Assembly (NCBI GenBank): GCA_018814025.1
Contig: JAHJAM010000025.1
Coordinates: forward strand, 2,530 to 66,529
DNA: 64,000 nucleotides
DNA from: Patescibacteria group bacterium
Lineage (GTDB): Bacteria; Patescibacteriota; Patescibacteriia; UBA9934; GWF2-40-263
Direction: 5' to 3'
Part shown: positions 8,993-20,485 of the stretch, piece by piece
Numbering within the stretch: the first letter of the stretch is position 1
Layout of the letters: every line of letters begins with the position of its first letter
Program-made: the position numbers and the translations under genes
Notes under the pieces: model-generated
What the model was told of the DNA's origin: nothing
Database searches by the model: none
What the model saw: only the letters and a program-made list of their open reading frames with translations

Positions 8993-9079
8993 GCGAACGT
9001 GGCGGAATTGGTATACGCGCTAGCTTGAGGGGCTAGTGCCCGCAAGGGCTTGAGGGTTCGAGTCCCTCCGTTCGCACCA
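8993..9079 (+). tRNA. tRNA-Leu (anticodon GAG), class II with long variable arm
   Basis: Acceptor GCGAACG/CGTTCGC, anticodon loop TTGAGGG, variable stem GCCCGCAAGGGC, T-arm GAGGG-TTCGAGT-CCCTC, encoded CCA. Confidence 0.88.
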
Positions 9080-9110
9080 AAAAACACCGTTTAATAAAGT
9101 CGGTGTTTTT
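9080..9110 (+). terminator. rho-independent terminator after tRNA-Leu
   Basis: AAAAACACCG-TTTAATAAAGT-CGGTGTTTTTT. Confidence 0.8.
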
Positions 9111-9127
9111 TGATATACTATTTCCAT

Positions 9128-9373
9128 ATGAATCCAATTATTCGCATTTTGCTCGGCTTGGCCATTATGGCGGCCGGCTTCCTAATTGTTTGGAAATCAG
9201 AAATGGTTTTCAGCTGGGTAGGACGCATCGACTGGGCTGAGATGAAGCTCGGCTCGGGCGGCACGCGCACATTTATTAAGCTTATCGGGCTGTTGGTGGC
9301 GTTCATCGGTATTTTCGTGGCCACCAATATCATCTCGGATATTTTGACCGGCTTCGCCAACATCTTCGCTTAA
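9128..9373 (+). CDS. small hypothetical membrane protein (two TM helices)
   Basis: Hydrophobic ORF. ATG 9128 preferred over the TTG at 9110, which lies inside the terminator. Confidence 0.55.
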   Translation: MNPIIRILLGLAIMAAGFLIVWKSEMVFSWVGRIDWAEMKLGSGGTRTFIKLIGLLVAFIGIFVATNIISDILTGFANIFA

Positions 9374-9400
9374 GGATCTTAAATCTTGATTTAAATTTTT

Positions 9401-9955
9401 ATGCCAACATTACCAACGGGCCGGGCGCTGCTGGATGCACCAGCGATTTTAGCGCAAACTGGTTTAGGATTAGACATGCATTATGCGGATTTCGGATCCG
9501 GCACCTTGGGCCATTTTGTTTTTCCGGCCACGGACATGGTGGGGCCCAATGGCCAGGTTTACGCCGTGGATATTTTGAAAGGCGCGTTAGCCGGCATTGA
9601 AAGCCGGGCCAAGATGGAAAAGGTCAATAATTTAAAAGCGGTTTGGGGCGATATCGAACGCCTGAAAGGAGTTGATGTTCCGGAACACAGCGTGGATTTG
9701 ATCTCGATGGTGAATATCACCGGCTTGCTGAAGAAAAGCCCCGCGGTTTTTGAAGAGATGAAGCGCCTGTTGAAACCGGGCGGCCAATTGCTCTTAGTGG
9801 ATTGGCAAATAGCGGGTGCGTCTTTTGGGCCGCCGGCCGAAAAAAGGGTATCAGCGGAAACGATCAAGCCCCTGGCCGAACAAGCGGGTTTTGTTTTGGA
9901 AAATAGTTTTCCGGCCGGTCCTCATCATTGGGGATTGATTTTCAAGCTGGCTTAA
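9401..9955 (+). CDS. class I SAM-dependent methyltransferase
   Basis: Motif I-like 'DFGSGTLGHF'. Post-I acidic 'VYAVDI'. 'LKPGGQLLLVDW' motif. Confidence 0.75.
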   Translation: MPTLPTGRALLDAPAILAQTGLGLDMHYADFGSGTLGHFVFPATDMVGPNGQVYAVDILKGALAGIESRAKMEKVNNLKAVWGDIERLKGVDVPEHSVDLISMVNITGLLKKSPAVFEEMKRLLKPGGQLLLVDWQIAGASFGPPAEKRVSAETIKPLAEQAGFVLENSFPAGPHHWGLIFKLA

Positions 9956-10010
9956 GCTTGACGGAGAGTTAATTTTTCGATTAGATGCGGACAAATAATA
10001 ATATCTCAAT

Positions 10011-10424
10011 ATGGACTTCATGAATTTTTTCACAGTGTGGCTAAGTATTGATCCGCCAACCGTCACTCAGGGTATTGGCCGCGGGCTGATCGTTTTATTT
10101 ATTTTGATGTTTTTGGCCGGCTTGGCGCTGCGGGTGGCGCGAGCGCGTCAAGATAAAGAAGACAGTTATGGCCGCGAGCTGTATCGCCGCTTGGCCAGTC
10201 TGCTCGCCACCATGGGGGTGCTGGGCATGATCTTGGGTTTTATGAGTTTTGAAAATATTAGATTTTTGGGCGGGCGCTTTTGGTATCTGATTTGGCTGGT
10301 GGCCACGGTGATTTGGATTTTCTTGATTGTCAAATACATCAAGAAGCAGGTACCCATGATGCAGGCGCGGCAAAAAGAACGCGAAGAGAAGTTAAAGTAT
10401 ATTCCCAAACCCAAACGGAAATAA
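10011..10424 (+). CDS. hypothetical membrane protein
   Basis: 137-aa ORF with 3 predicted TM helices and a basic C-terminus. Confidence 0.5.
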   Translation: MDFMNFFTVWLSIDPPTVTQGIGRGLIVLFILMFLAGLALRVARARQDKEDSYGRELYRRLASLLATMGVLGMILGFMSFENIRFLGGRFWYLIWLVATVIWIFLIVKYIKKQVPMMQARQKEREEKLKYIPKPKRK

Positions 10425-10427
10425 GTA

Positions 10428-10804
10428 TGGCGACTTGGCGGCGCTGGTTTGGCGATCAAGGCGAAAAAGCCGCGGCGCAATATTTGCAAAGCCAAGGGTT
10501 GAAGATTTTGGATCGGCAGTACGGAGTGCGCGGCGGCGAGATTGATTTGGTGGCTCAAGACGGGGAGGAAATTGTTTTCGTGGAAGTGAAAAGCCGGCGG
10601 GATGAATCTTTCGGTTTTCCGGAAGAAGCCGTGACTCCGGCCAAAATTAGAAAGATCAGGCGAGCGATTCAATATTATTTGCAGGCCAAGAAACAGGAGG
10701 ATCGGCCTTGGCGGATTGACGTGGTGGCGATTCAGTTTGCGAACGGGCAGGAACCCAAAGTCCATCACGTGAAAGCGGTTGACATGCCCGAGGGGCTTTG
10801 GTAG
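10428..10804 (+). CDS. yraN: YraN-family (UPF0102) putative endonuclease
   Basis: 'AAAQYLQSQGLKILDRQYGVRGGEIDLVAQDGEEIVFVEVKSRR' is the classic YraN core. The ORF track's longer N-terminus overlaps the upstream gene. Confidence 0.8.
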
Positions 10805-10872
10805 TATTTTGAGCACTGGAACCTGTCGGAATCGACAGGTTCATTTATTAAGAAGCTATTTAGTAATTTTTT

Positions 10873-12228
10873 ATGTCATCAGCAATTGAACAAGCAATTC
10901 GGCAAATTTGCGAAGAAAAAGGCTTAACTTTTGAGTCAGTCATTGAGGCGATCGAGTCGGCTTTGGCCGCGGCTTATCGCAAAGATTTCGGTGAAAAGAA
11001 TCAAAACATCGAAGCGGAATTTGACGCGGCCACGGGCGGAGTCAAAGTTTTTGACGTGAAGACCGTGGTTGAAGATATGGATTTAGAAGAACTGGAGCGC
11101 TTAGAGTTGGAACGGCGCGAACGAGCCGAACAATTGGCGAAAGATGTTGAACAAGCTCGAGCCAAAGGCCAAGACATTCCGGCGGTCAGTTTTGAAGAAG
11201 AAGCCGGGCCACGATTCAATCCCAAAAACGATCTTATGATCAGCGAAGCCCGGGCGCTGAAGCCGGACGCGGAGTTGGGTGAAGTGATTCGCACGGAATT
11301 AGAAATTCCCGGTGATTTCGGGCGCATGGCCGCGATGACGGCCAAGCAGGTGATCACGCAAAAATTGCGCGAGGCGGAACGGGAAATCGTGTTTAACGAG
11401 TTCAAAGAATTTGAAGGCCACTTAATCAACGGTACCGTGCAACGCCGCGAGGGCAAAATCATTTTAGTGGATTTGGGCCGGGTGGCCGGCATCGTGCGGC
11501 CGGAGGAACAAGTGCGAACCGAGCGATACAATTCCGGCGACCGAATGAGATTTTTTGTGCGCCAAGTCAGCTTAACGACCAAGGGGCCGGAAATTCTTTT
11601 GTCGCGCACGGACGAGGGGCTGGTGCGCGATTTGTTTGAAATGGAAATTCCCGAAGTGGCCGAAGGGGTGGTGGAAATCAAAAGCATCGCCCGGGATGCG
11701 GGATCGCGTTCCAAGGTCGCGGTGTTTACCGAAGACAATCAAATTGATCCGATCGGCGCTTGTATTGGCCAGCGCGGGACGCGCATTCAAACCATCATCG
11801 GCGAATTATCCGGAGAAAAAGTCGATATCATTGAATGGAACGAAGAAGCCAAGAGTTTTATCGCCAATGCTTTGTCGCCGGCAAAAATTCATCACGTGGA
11901 GATTGATGAAGCGGCGAAAAGCGCGGTGGTCCATGTGCTCAAGGATCAGTTATCTTTAGCCATTGGCCGCGGCGGACAAAATGTGCGCTTGGCCGCTCAG
12001 CTGACCGGTTGGAAGATCAGTATTTCCGAATTGGAAGGCGGAGAAATAGTGGAAGAAGCGGACGGCGCTTTACCCGAGAATCCGGAGTCAGTCGAAAAAA
12101 CGGCGGCCACGCCGGAAGCAGCGGAAGAAACCGCGGTTGAACCGGCACCAAAAGAAGAAGTGAAAGAAGCGGCGGTCGAAGCGGCCGTCGAGAATCAAGA
12201 CTCATCTAAGGAGGCAGAAGCCGAATAA
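10873..12228 (+). CDS. nusA: transcription termination/antitermination factor NusA
   Basis: N-terminal domain, S1 domain, two KH domains ('IGACIGQRGTRIQTIIGELSGEKVDIIEW', 'LAIGRGGQNVRLAAQLTGWKI'), acidic C-terminal tail. Confidence 0.92.
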   Translation: MSSAIEQAIRQICEEKGLTFESVIEAIESALAAAYRKDFGEKNQNIEAEFDAATGGVKVFDVKTVVEDMDLEELERLELERRERAEQLAKDVEQARAKGQDIPAVSFEEEAGPRFNPKNDLMISEARALKPDAELGEVIRTELEIPGDFGRMAAMTAKQVITQKLREAEREIVFNEFKEFEGHLINGTVQRREGKIILVDLGRVAGIVRPEEQVRTERYNSGDRMRFFVRQVSLTTKGPEILLSRTDEGLVRDLFEMEIPEVAEGVVEIKSIARDAGSRSKVAVFTEDNQIDPIGACIGQRGTRIQTIIGELSGEKVDIIEWNEEAKSFIANALSPAKIHHVEIDEAAKSAVVHVLKDQLSLAIGRGGQNVRLAAQLTGWKISISELEGGEIVEEADGALPENPESVEKTAATPEAAEETAVEPAPKEEVKEAAVEAAVENQDSSKEAEAE

Positions 12229-12233
12229 CGATT

Positions 12234-13163
12234 ATGGATTTATTTCATACTTATTTATATCAGCCGATTTTCAACTTGTTGATTTGGCTGTATAACGTGA
12301 TTCCGGGCGCGGATTTAGGCTTTGCCATCATTGCCTTAACCGTGGTGATTAAAACTCTTTTGTGGCCGTTGTCCCATGCTTCCTTGAAGTCGCAGAAGCG
12401 CATGCAGGATTTGCAGCCGAAGCTGGATGAAATCAAGAAGCAGTATAAGGACGACAAAGAGGGGATGAGCAAGGCCATGATGGAACTTTACTCGTCCGAG
12501 AAAGTTAATCCTTTGGGATCTTGCCTGCCGCTCTTGATTCAGCTGCCGATTATCATTGCCTTGTTTCGCGTGTTGCGCGACGGGGTGGTGACTTCGGAAA
12601 TGTTATCCTCAACTTTGTATCCATTCGTTCAGAATCCGGAAACCGTGAATCATATTTTTCTCGGGATTCAAGATTTGTCCGAGAAGAGTTTGATTTTGGC
12701 GGTGCTGGCCGGCATTTTTCAATTCATTCAAACCAAAATGCTGATGGCGCGCCGGCCGCCGAAAGATCTGCGAAAACAAGAAGGGGCGAAAGACGAAAGC
12801 ATGATGGCGGCCATGAATAAATCCATGTTGTATTTCATGCCGATCGTGACCGTGGTGATTGGCGCTTCCTTCCCATCGGGTTTAACCCTTTATTGGGTAA
12901 CAATGAACGTCGTGACCATCCTGCAGCAGCTGGTGGCGTTTCGAAAGAAGCCGGACGAAGCCGAGGTCGACTCGGCTGGAATAGTTAGAAATGATGAGAT
13001 GGGGGTTGGAAATCCGGCGGAGCCGGACCAGGCTATGCCTGGTAATGGGACACAGGTGACGGATGACGAACTGGGAATCGGGAACAGCGCGACAGAGGCA
13101 GTAGATGCGGAGTTTACGGAAAATCCCGGCGAAGCCGGGTCAGGCTCCGCCGGAAAAGACTAA
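12234..13163 (+). CDS. yidC: membrane protein insertase YidC/Oxa1 (short form)
   Basis: 'LLWPLSHASLKSQKRMQDLQPKLDEIKKQYKDDKEGMSKAMMELYSSEKVNPLGSCLPLLIQLPI' is the 60-kDa inner-membrane insertase signature. Confidence 0.9.
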   Translation: MDLFHTYLYQPIFNLLIWLYNVIPGADLGFAIIALTVVIKTLLWPLSHASLKSQKRMQDLQPKLDEIKKQYKDDKEGMSKAMMELYSSEKVNPLGSCLPLLIQLPIIIALFRVLRDGVVTSEMLSSTLYPFVQNPETVNHIFLGIQDLSEKSLILAVLAGIFQFIQTKMLMARRPPKDLRKQEGAKDESMMAAMNKSMLYFMPIVTVVIGASFPSGLTLYWVTMNVVTILQQLVAFRKKPDEAEVDSAGIVRNDEMGVGNPAEPDQAMPGNGTQVTDDELGIGNSATEAVDAEFTENPGEAGSGSAGKD

Positions 13164-13165
13164 TG

Positions 13166-13193
13166 AAAATCCCCGTTTCAGCGGGGATTTTTA
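13166..13193 (+). terminator. rho-independent terminator after yidC
   Basis: AAAATCCCCG-TTTCAGC-GGGGATTTTT. Confidence 0.75.
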
Positions 13194-13237
13194 AATCCAC
13201 TGGGCAAATGCGGGGTGAGCGTTTAAGATGTTTGGGT

Positions 13238-14149
13238 ATGACGGATTTGGAGAAAGCGATTTGGAGGACGGTTTGCTGGTTTGCGATTTTTGAGTATCCG
13301 CTGACGGCTTTTGAGTTTTGGAAATGGCTTTGGAGTCCGGGACACCAATATTCTTTGGCTGAAGTTTTTGACGCGCTGGCGGAAAGCCCATGGCTGCACG
13401 ATCGACTGCAAGTCAAACAAGGTTTTTACGCGCGGCGGCCGGGTCGGCCCATGGCCGAGCTGGTGGCGGAGCGGCAACAAAATTTTCTGGACAGCGTTCG
13501 CAAGTATAAGAAATTGCGATCCGTAATCGATTGGTTGAGCTTGGCGCCGGGCGTGCGCGGAATCGCGGCCGTCAACACCATGAGCTGGTGGCAAACTAAC
13601 GGGCAAAGCGATATTGATCTCTTTATTATCGTTCAGCCCGGATCGATTTGGCTGTCCCGTTTGTTGTTGGTCACCCCATTTGCCTTGTTGAAGAAAAGAC
13701 CGGGAGCGGCGGACCGCCTTGACCCGTTTTGTTTTACTTTTTTCGTCAGCCAGTCAGCGATTGATTTGAAACCTTTGGCCGTGTTGGGAGCGGATCCGTA
13801 TTTGGCCTATTGGACGATGGGGGTGGTGCCGGTGTTTGGCCGGGCCGGGCAATGGCGCGAGTTTCAAGCCGAGAATCAGTGGGCCAAGGAATACCTGCCC
13901 AATGCATTTATGCGTCCCATGCATCGGGAATTGGCTGCGGCCGGCTGGCGGCCCTGGCCCGGGAGTTGGAAATTTTTGGATCAAGGGGCCAGGCGCATTC
14001 AGGAACGGCGTTTCCCGGAAAAGATTCAACTGATGAAAAATCGGGATTCGCGAGTGGTGGTTAATAATGAAGTTTTGAAATTTCACGTGGATGATCCGCG
14101 CCAGGAATTCAAGCGGCGCTGGCAAGAACTAATTAATTATGAAGCGTGA
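13238..14149 (+). CDS. hypothetical protein with a nucleotidyltransferase-like 'GxSDIDL' motif
   Basis: 'WWQTNGQSDIDLFIIVQPGSIW'. Start chosen downstream of the terminator hairpin. The track's 13163 start lies inside the hairpin. Confidence 0.5.
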   Translation: MTDLEKAIWRTVCWFAIFEYPLTAFEFWKWLWSPGHQYSLAEVFDALAESPWLHDRLQVKQGFYARRPGRPMAELVAERQQNFLDSVRKYKKLRSVIDWLSLAPGVRGIAAVNTMSWWQTNGQSDIDLFIIVQPGSIWLSRLLLVTPFALLKKRPGAADRLDPFCFTFFVSQSAIDLKPLAVLGADPYLAYWTMGVVPVFGRAGQWREFQAENQWAKEYLPNAFMRPMHRELAAAGWRPWPGSWKFLDQGARRIQERRFPEKIQLMKNRDSRVVVNNEVLKFHVDDPRQEFKRRWQELINYEA

Positions 14150-15395
14150 TCAAATCGGACAATTTTTGTTGTGGCTGGCGGTGTTCCTGGGGCCTTGGCA
14201 AACGCGTTGGATTTATTCTGAGCTGACGCTCGCGGGCGAGGCGTGGGAATACGGCCGATTAGGCGTTTATGCGGTTGAAATTTTGATTGTTTTGGCCGCG
14301 CTGGCTCTGGGCCGTCCGCAGTATGATTTTTGCGCCAAGCGCGTGAGCGGCTTGGGAATTATGTTTTTGGGCCTGGGATTTTTGTCCGTGTCGCTGGCGC
14401 AAAATTCATTTTTGGCCACGGGCGCGATGCTCCATTTGGTGTCGGCCGTGATGCTTTTTTTGCTTTTGCTGGATCGCCGAGTGGCGATGGCGCAAATCCA
14501 ATTGGCATTCATCGGCGGTTTGATTTTGCCAAGCCTGTTGGGTTGGTGGCAGGTGCTGGCCGGGACCAGTCCCGGTTCGACGCTTTTGGGTTTGGCCAGC
14601 CATCAGGCGTCAGTTTTGGGACAAGCCGTGGTGGAAACGGCTCAGGGCGATCGAATCCTGCGGGCGTACGGCAGTTTTTCCCACCCTAATGTATTGGGCG
14701 GATATTTAGCCATGGCTTCATTGTTGACGGTCTGGTTGATTAATCAAACGAAACAGAATCGGCGGTTTTTGGGGTTAGCGCTGATATTTTTGACAGCCAC
14801 GTTAGTGATCACTTTCTCTCGCAGCGCTTGGCTGGCTTTGATCTTGGGCGGATTGGCCATGAGTGCAGGCTTAATTTGGCGAAAAAAGACAATCCAGCCC
14901 GCGGTTTGGAAATTTGGCGGAAGCGCTTTGCTTGTGATGGCCGTGACCATGGGGATTTTCTCCCAAGCCGTGTTCACGCGCGTGCAAGCTCAAGCGCGCT
15001 TGGAGACGCAATCGATTGAAGAGCGCCTGGCCGCCTATCATCCTTGGCCGAAGGTGATGCAAATGAATCCGCTGACCGGGGTGGGGCCGGGGAATTACCC
15101 TTTGGCTCTGGCGGCGCTCACGCCGGATCAGCCGGCGTGGAGTTATCAGCCCATGCACAACGCAGCGTTGTTAATGATGAGCGAGGTCGGCTTATTGGGT
15201 TTGGTGATGGCCGGGTGGTGGCTGCTGGCTTTTTATCGACAAATTAAATTGAATCAGGCTTGGGTTTTGGCTCTGGCCGGCGGCGCGGCGTTCATCCCCT
15301 TAGCGCTATTTGATCATTACCTTTGGAGCAGTTGGAGCGGGCTGGCGATTTTATCAATATTTTTGGCGTTTTTTTTGAGAACCGTTCGAGATTAA
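14139..15395 (+). CDS. O-antigen ligase/polymerase-like (Wzy_C/WaaL family) polytopic membrane protein
   Basis: About 10 TM helices. 'SFSHPNVLGGYLAMASLL', 'TFSRSAWLALILGGL'. Large periplasmic loop. Confidence 0.7.
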   Translation: MKRDQIGQFLLWLAVFLGPWQTRWIYSELTLAGEAWEYGRLGVYAVEILIVLAALALGRPQYDFCAKRVSGLGIMFLGLGFLSVSLAQNSFLATGAMLHLVSAVMLFLLLLDRRVAMAQIQLAFIGGLILPSLLGWWQVLAGTSPGSTLLGLASHQASVLGQAVVETAQGDRILRAYGSFSHPNVLGGYLAMASLLTVWLINQTKQNRRFLGLALIFLTATLVITFSRSAWLALILGGLAMSAGLIWRKKTIQPAVWKFGGSALLVMAVTMGIFSQAVFTRVQAQARLETQSIEERLAAYHPWPKVMQMNPLTGVGPGNYPLALAALTPDQPAWSYQPMHNAALLMMSEVGLLGLVMAGWWLLAFYRQIKLNQAWVLALAGGAAFIPLALFDHYLWSSWSGLAILSIFLAFFLRTVRD

Positions 15396-15400
15396 GGAAT

Positions 15401-15429
15401 TTGACAAGCCCAAATATTTGCATTAAATT
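15401..15429 (+). promoter_or_regulatory. sigma70-type promoter TTGACA-N17-TAAATT upstream of groES
   Basis: -35 at 15401-15406, -10 at 15424-15429. Confidence 0.6.
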
Positions 15430-15454
15430 AGCACTCTAGTAATAAGTCTGCTAA
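15428..15454 (+). promoter_or_regulatory. CIRCE-like operator (HrcA site) TTAGCACTC-N9-GTCTGCTAA
   Basis: Matches CIRCE TTAGCACTC-N9-GAGTGCTAA with 2 mismatches in the right arm. Position overlaps the -10/TSS of the groESL promoter. Confidence 0.7.
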
Positions 15455-15464
15455 TTATTTTTTT

Positions 15465-17386
<1,922 letters not shown>

Positions 17387-17403
17387 AAGAAATTCGAAAT
17401 ATG

Positions 17404-17436
17404 AAAGGCCCGACGAGAAGTCGGGTCTTTTGTTTT
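17404..17436 (+). terminator. rho-independent terminator after groEL
   Basis: AAAGGCCCGAC-GAGAA-GTCGGGTCTTTTGTTTT. Confidence 0.85.
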
Positions 17437-17485
17437 GGCGGGAATTTGTTATGATGAAGTCATTCTTAATCATAACTTTTTACTT

Positions 17486-17815
17486 ATGGAAGCGCCAAAA
17501 ACATCATCGCAAAACATCGACGATAATAAAATAATCGCGGCTATCGGATACTTGGGAATTTTGTGCTTAATTCCTTTGCTGGCGAAAAAAGACAGCGATT
17601 TTGCCATGCATCACGGCAAGAACGGTTTAATCTTGTTGATTACTTGGTTGATTCTTTGGGTCGGCAATATCATTCCGTTTTTGGGCCAAATCGTTTGGGC
17701 GTTGGGATCTCTGGTTTTGTTGGTCATGGTGGTGATCGGCATCAGCAAAGCTTTGGCCGGCGAGAAATGGGATATGCCGGTTTTGGGTCAGTACACGGAT
17801 AAAATTAAGCTGTAA
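17486..17815 (+). CDS. DUF4870-family small membrane protein
   Basis: 'IIAAIGYLGILCLIPLLAKKDSDFAMHHGKNGLILLITWLIL...IPFLGQIVWALGSLVLLVMVVIGISKALAGEKWDMPVLG' matches the DUF4870 pattern. Confidence 0.7.
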   Translation: MEAPKTSSQNIDDNKIIAAIGYLGILCLIPLLAKKDSDFAMHHGKNGLILLITWLILWVGNIIPFLGQIVWALGSLVLLVMVVIGISKALAGEKWDMPVLGQYTDKIKL

Positions 17816-17820
17816 AGAAT

Positions 17821-18949
17821 ATGAAAGAGTTAATTCGCCAAATTCAAGACCTCCAGGAGAAAGCCGGCCGAACCTGGGGGTTGCTTTGACCTGGATACGG
17901 CCAAAGTGCAGCTGAAAAGTTTGGAAGAGCAAATGGGCAATCCGGATTTTTGGCGCGATCAGGAAAAAGCCAAAGAAGTGGGCAAGCAAGCCGCGGATTT
18001 GAAAAGCGAATTAGCGGTTTGGGAAAGCTTTAATCAGGAGGCGGACGACCTGCTGGAGATGGCTCAGCTGGCGGATCAGGAAGGCGATGAGTCATTGAGC
18101 GGGGAAATCGGCTCGAAGCTCGAGAAGCTGGAAGCGGCTTTTTCAAAAATGGAATTTGCGATTTTGTTGGCCGGACCCTACGACAAGGCCAACGCGATCG
18201 TGGCCATTCATGCCGGGTCGGGCGGCACCGAAGCGCAAGATTGGTCCGAGATGTTGTTGCGCATGTTCGTGCGCTTTGCGGAACAGAAAGGCTTTGAGGT
18301 GCAAATCGTGGATGAAGCGCGGGGCGAAGAAGCCGGCTTTAAACGAGTAATGTTTCGGGTGATCGGCCGATACGCTTACGGGTATTTAAAATCTGAACAC
18401 GGGGTGCATCGATTGGTCAGGATTTCACCTTTTGACGCGGAGAAAATGCGCCACACCAGTTTTGCGCTAGTGGAAGTTTTGCCGGAGTTTGAAAATTTGG
18501 AAGAGCTGGAAATCAATCCGGATGATTTGCGCATTGATACCTTTATGGCCGGGGGCAAAGGCGGACAAAGCGTGAACACGACTTATTCGGCGGTGCGAAT
18601 CGTGCACTTGCCGACCAAGATTACGGTCAGCTGCCAAAACGAGCGCTCGCAAAAGCAAAACAAGGAAACGGCTTTGAAAATTTTAAAAGCCAAACTGCAT
18701 CAATTGCAGCTGGCTGAGGAAGCGGCCAAGAAAAAGGAATTGCGCGGCGATTATCAGAGCGCGGAATGGGGCAATCAAATCCGTTCCTACGTGCTCCAGC
18801 CGTATAAAATGGTTAAAGACCACCGGACCGAATATGAAACTTCGGACGCGGCCGGGGTTTTGGCCGGCGACTTGGAGTCGTTTATGGAAGCCTATTTGCG
18901 CTGGGAACTGGCTCAGTCTGATCGTTTTGCCCAAGCTAATCAAGAATAA
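17821..18949 (+). CDS. prfB: peptide chain release factor 2, with programmed +1 ribosomal frameshift at CTT-TGA-C (17884-17890)
   Basis: Frame-0 ORF MKELIRQIQDLQEKAGRTWGLL* ends at TGA 17887-17889, preceded by the SD-like GGGGG. The +1 frame continues DLDTAKVQLKSLEEQMG... with SPF motif 'RISPFDA' and GGQ 'GGKGGQSVNT'. Confidence 0.93.
17869..17890 (+). promoter_or_regulatory. RF2 autoregulatory frameshift site (internal SD + CTT UGA C)
   Basis: cgaaccTGGGGGttgCTTTGAC, analogous to E. coli AGGGGGuauCUUUGAC. Confidence 0.85.
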
Positions 18950-18950
18950 T

Positions 18951-19883
18951 ATGACCAAGATTAAAAAAGCGATCGTCACCGGCGGCGCCGGATTTATCGG
19001 CTCGCACATCGTGGACGCGCTCATCAAGCGGCGAATTAAAGTGGCGGTGGTGGATGATTTATCAACCGGCCAGAAAAAGAATTTGAATCCGAACGCCAAG
19101 TTTTTCCAAGTCTCGATTGCCAGTCCGCAATTTCCACAAATCATCAAAAAATTAAAGCCGGATGTGATTTTTCATTGCGCGGCGCAGATCAACGTGCGCG
19201 AGTCAGTGAACGATCCTTTGAAGGACGCACGGCAAAATATTTTGGGAACCTTGGCTTTGGCTCAAGCGGCCGCGGACGCGAATGTCAAAAAGATTATTTT
19301 TTCCTCCTCGGGCGGGGCCATGTTTTCGGATGCTATCAAGCCGCCGTATTCGGAGAAGCAGGAGGCGCAGCCGGTTTCGCCTTACGGCATTGCCAAGCGG
19401 GCCGGAGAAATGTATTTGGATTTTTTTCATCAAACCCACGGTTTGCCGTATGTGGCTTTGCGCTACGCCAACGTCTATGGTCCGCGGCAGAACGATAAAG
19501 GCGAGGCCGGGGTCATTGCGATTTTTGCCGGCCGGATGCTGAAGGGGCAGCCGGTGAAAATTAACGGCACCGGCCGGCAGACTCGGGATTTCGTTTATGT
19601 GGATGATGTGGTCAAGGCGAATATGTTGGCAATGCGCAAAAACGCGACCGGGATTTTTCACGTGGGCACGGGCCGGCAAACGGAGATTAAAACGATTTTT
19701 AAAAAGATCAATGCTTTGACCGGCGGTTTGATGCCGCAACGCCATAACGCGGCTCAGCCCGGGGAAGTGATGCGCAGCGCGCTGGATTGCCGGAAAGCCA
19801 AACAGAGTTTAGCTTGGCAGCCGAGCGTGAAAATGGACGAAGGGTTGAAGAAGACGGTTGAATGGTTCAGGAAACAAAAGTAA
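18951..19883 (+). CDS. NAD-dependent epimerase/dehydratase (UDP-sugar 4-epimerase, GalE-like)
   Basis: Rossmann 'VTGGAGFIGSH'. Catalytic YxxxK 'SPYGIAKRAGE'. Start at ATG 18951, MTKIKKAIVTGG. The track's 18834 start overlaps prfB. Confidence 0.85.
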   Translation: MTKIKKAIVTGGAGFIGSHIVDALIKRRIKVAVVDDLSTGQKKNLNPNAKFFQVSIASPQFPQIIKKLKPDVIFHCAAQINVRESVNDPLKDARQNILGTLALAQAAADANVKKIIFSSSGGAMFSDAIKPPYSEKQEAQPVSPYGIAKRAGEMYLDFFHQTHGLPYVALRYANVYGPRQNDKGEAGVIAIFAGRMLKGQPVKINGTGRQTRDFVYVDDVVKANMLAMRKNATGIFHVGTGRQTEIKTIFKKINALTGGLMPQRHNAAQPGEVMRSALDCRKAKQSLAWQPSVKMDEGLKKTVEWFRKQK

Positions 19884-19885
19884 TT

Positions 19886-20485
19886 ATGGCGGAAGCGACT
19901 CGGCAGCAAATTCAAAAAGCGATCGACACCCTCAAAGCCGGGGGTGTCGTGGTCTTTCCCACGGAAACTTCGTACGGCTTGGGCGCGGACGCGACCAATC
20001 GGCAAGCGGTCAGGCGGGTGATGGCGATTAAGGGACGAAGCGAGAGCAAACCGCCGCCGGTCATGGTGGCGGATCTGAAGATGGCTTGGGAACACGGGAT
20101 TTTTTGTCAGCGTCTGCGAGCCTTGGCCAAGCAGTTTTGGCCCGGACCGCTGAATATCATCGTACCCAAGAAAAAGAACAGTCTCATTTTGATCGGCCAA
20201 GGTGAAGTGGCGCTGCGGGTTTCTGGCAGTGCGGTGGCCCGCGAATTGGTCAGAAAATTGGGCCGGCCGATAGTGGCCACTTCCGCGAATTTGGCCGGAG
20301 CCCCGGCCTGCTATTCAATGGCGGCTTGGCGCAAACAAACGGCCGGGCGGGCCTTACAGCCGGATTATATTTTGGACGTCGGCGCTCTGCCGCGCAATCC
20401 GGCTTCGACCATCATTAAGAAACAAAACGGAAAAATTATCGTGGTGCGGCAAGGCGCGATCCAGTTGCCGGAAAAATATGTTTAA
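19886..20485 (+). CDS. tsaC: L-threonylcarbamoyladenylate synthase (YrdC/TsaC family)
   Basis: 'GGVVVFPTETSYGLGADATN' is the YrdC signature. About 200 aa single-domain form. Confidence 0.85.
   Translation: MAEATRQQIQKAIDTLKAGGVVVFPTETSYGLGADATNRQAVRRVMAIKGRSESKPPPVMVADLKMAWEHGIFCQRLRALAKQFWPGPLNIIVPKKKNSLILIGQGEVALRVSGSAVARELVRKLGRPIVATSANLAGAPACYSMAAWRKQTAGRALQPDYILDVGALPRNPASTIIKKQNGKIIVVRQGAIQLPEKYV

Noticed and set aside
11001-11738. 245-aa Ser/Arg-rich minus-strand ORF
   Set aside because: Antisense to nusA, whose protein is unambiguously conserved. Low-complexity translation.
13163-13237. Upstream extension of the 13238 gene (the track's start MKIPVSAGIFK...)
   Set aside because: These codons are the yidC rho-independent terminator hairpin (AAAATCCCCG...CGGGGATTTTT). 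A start inside it is implausible.
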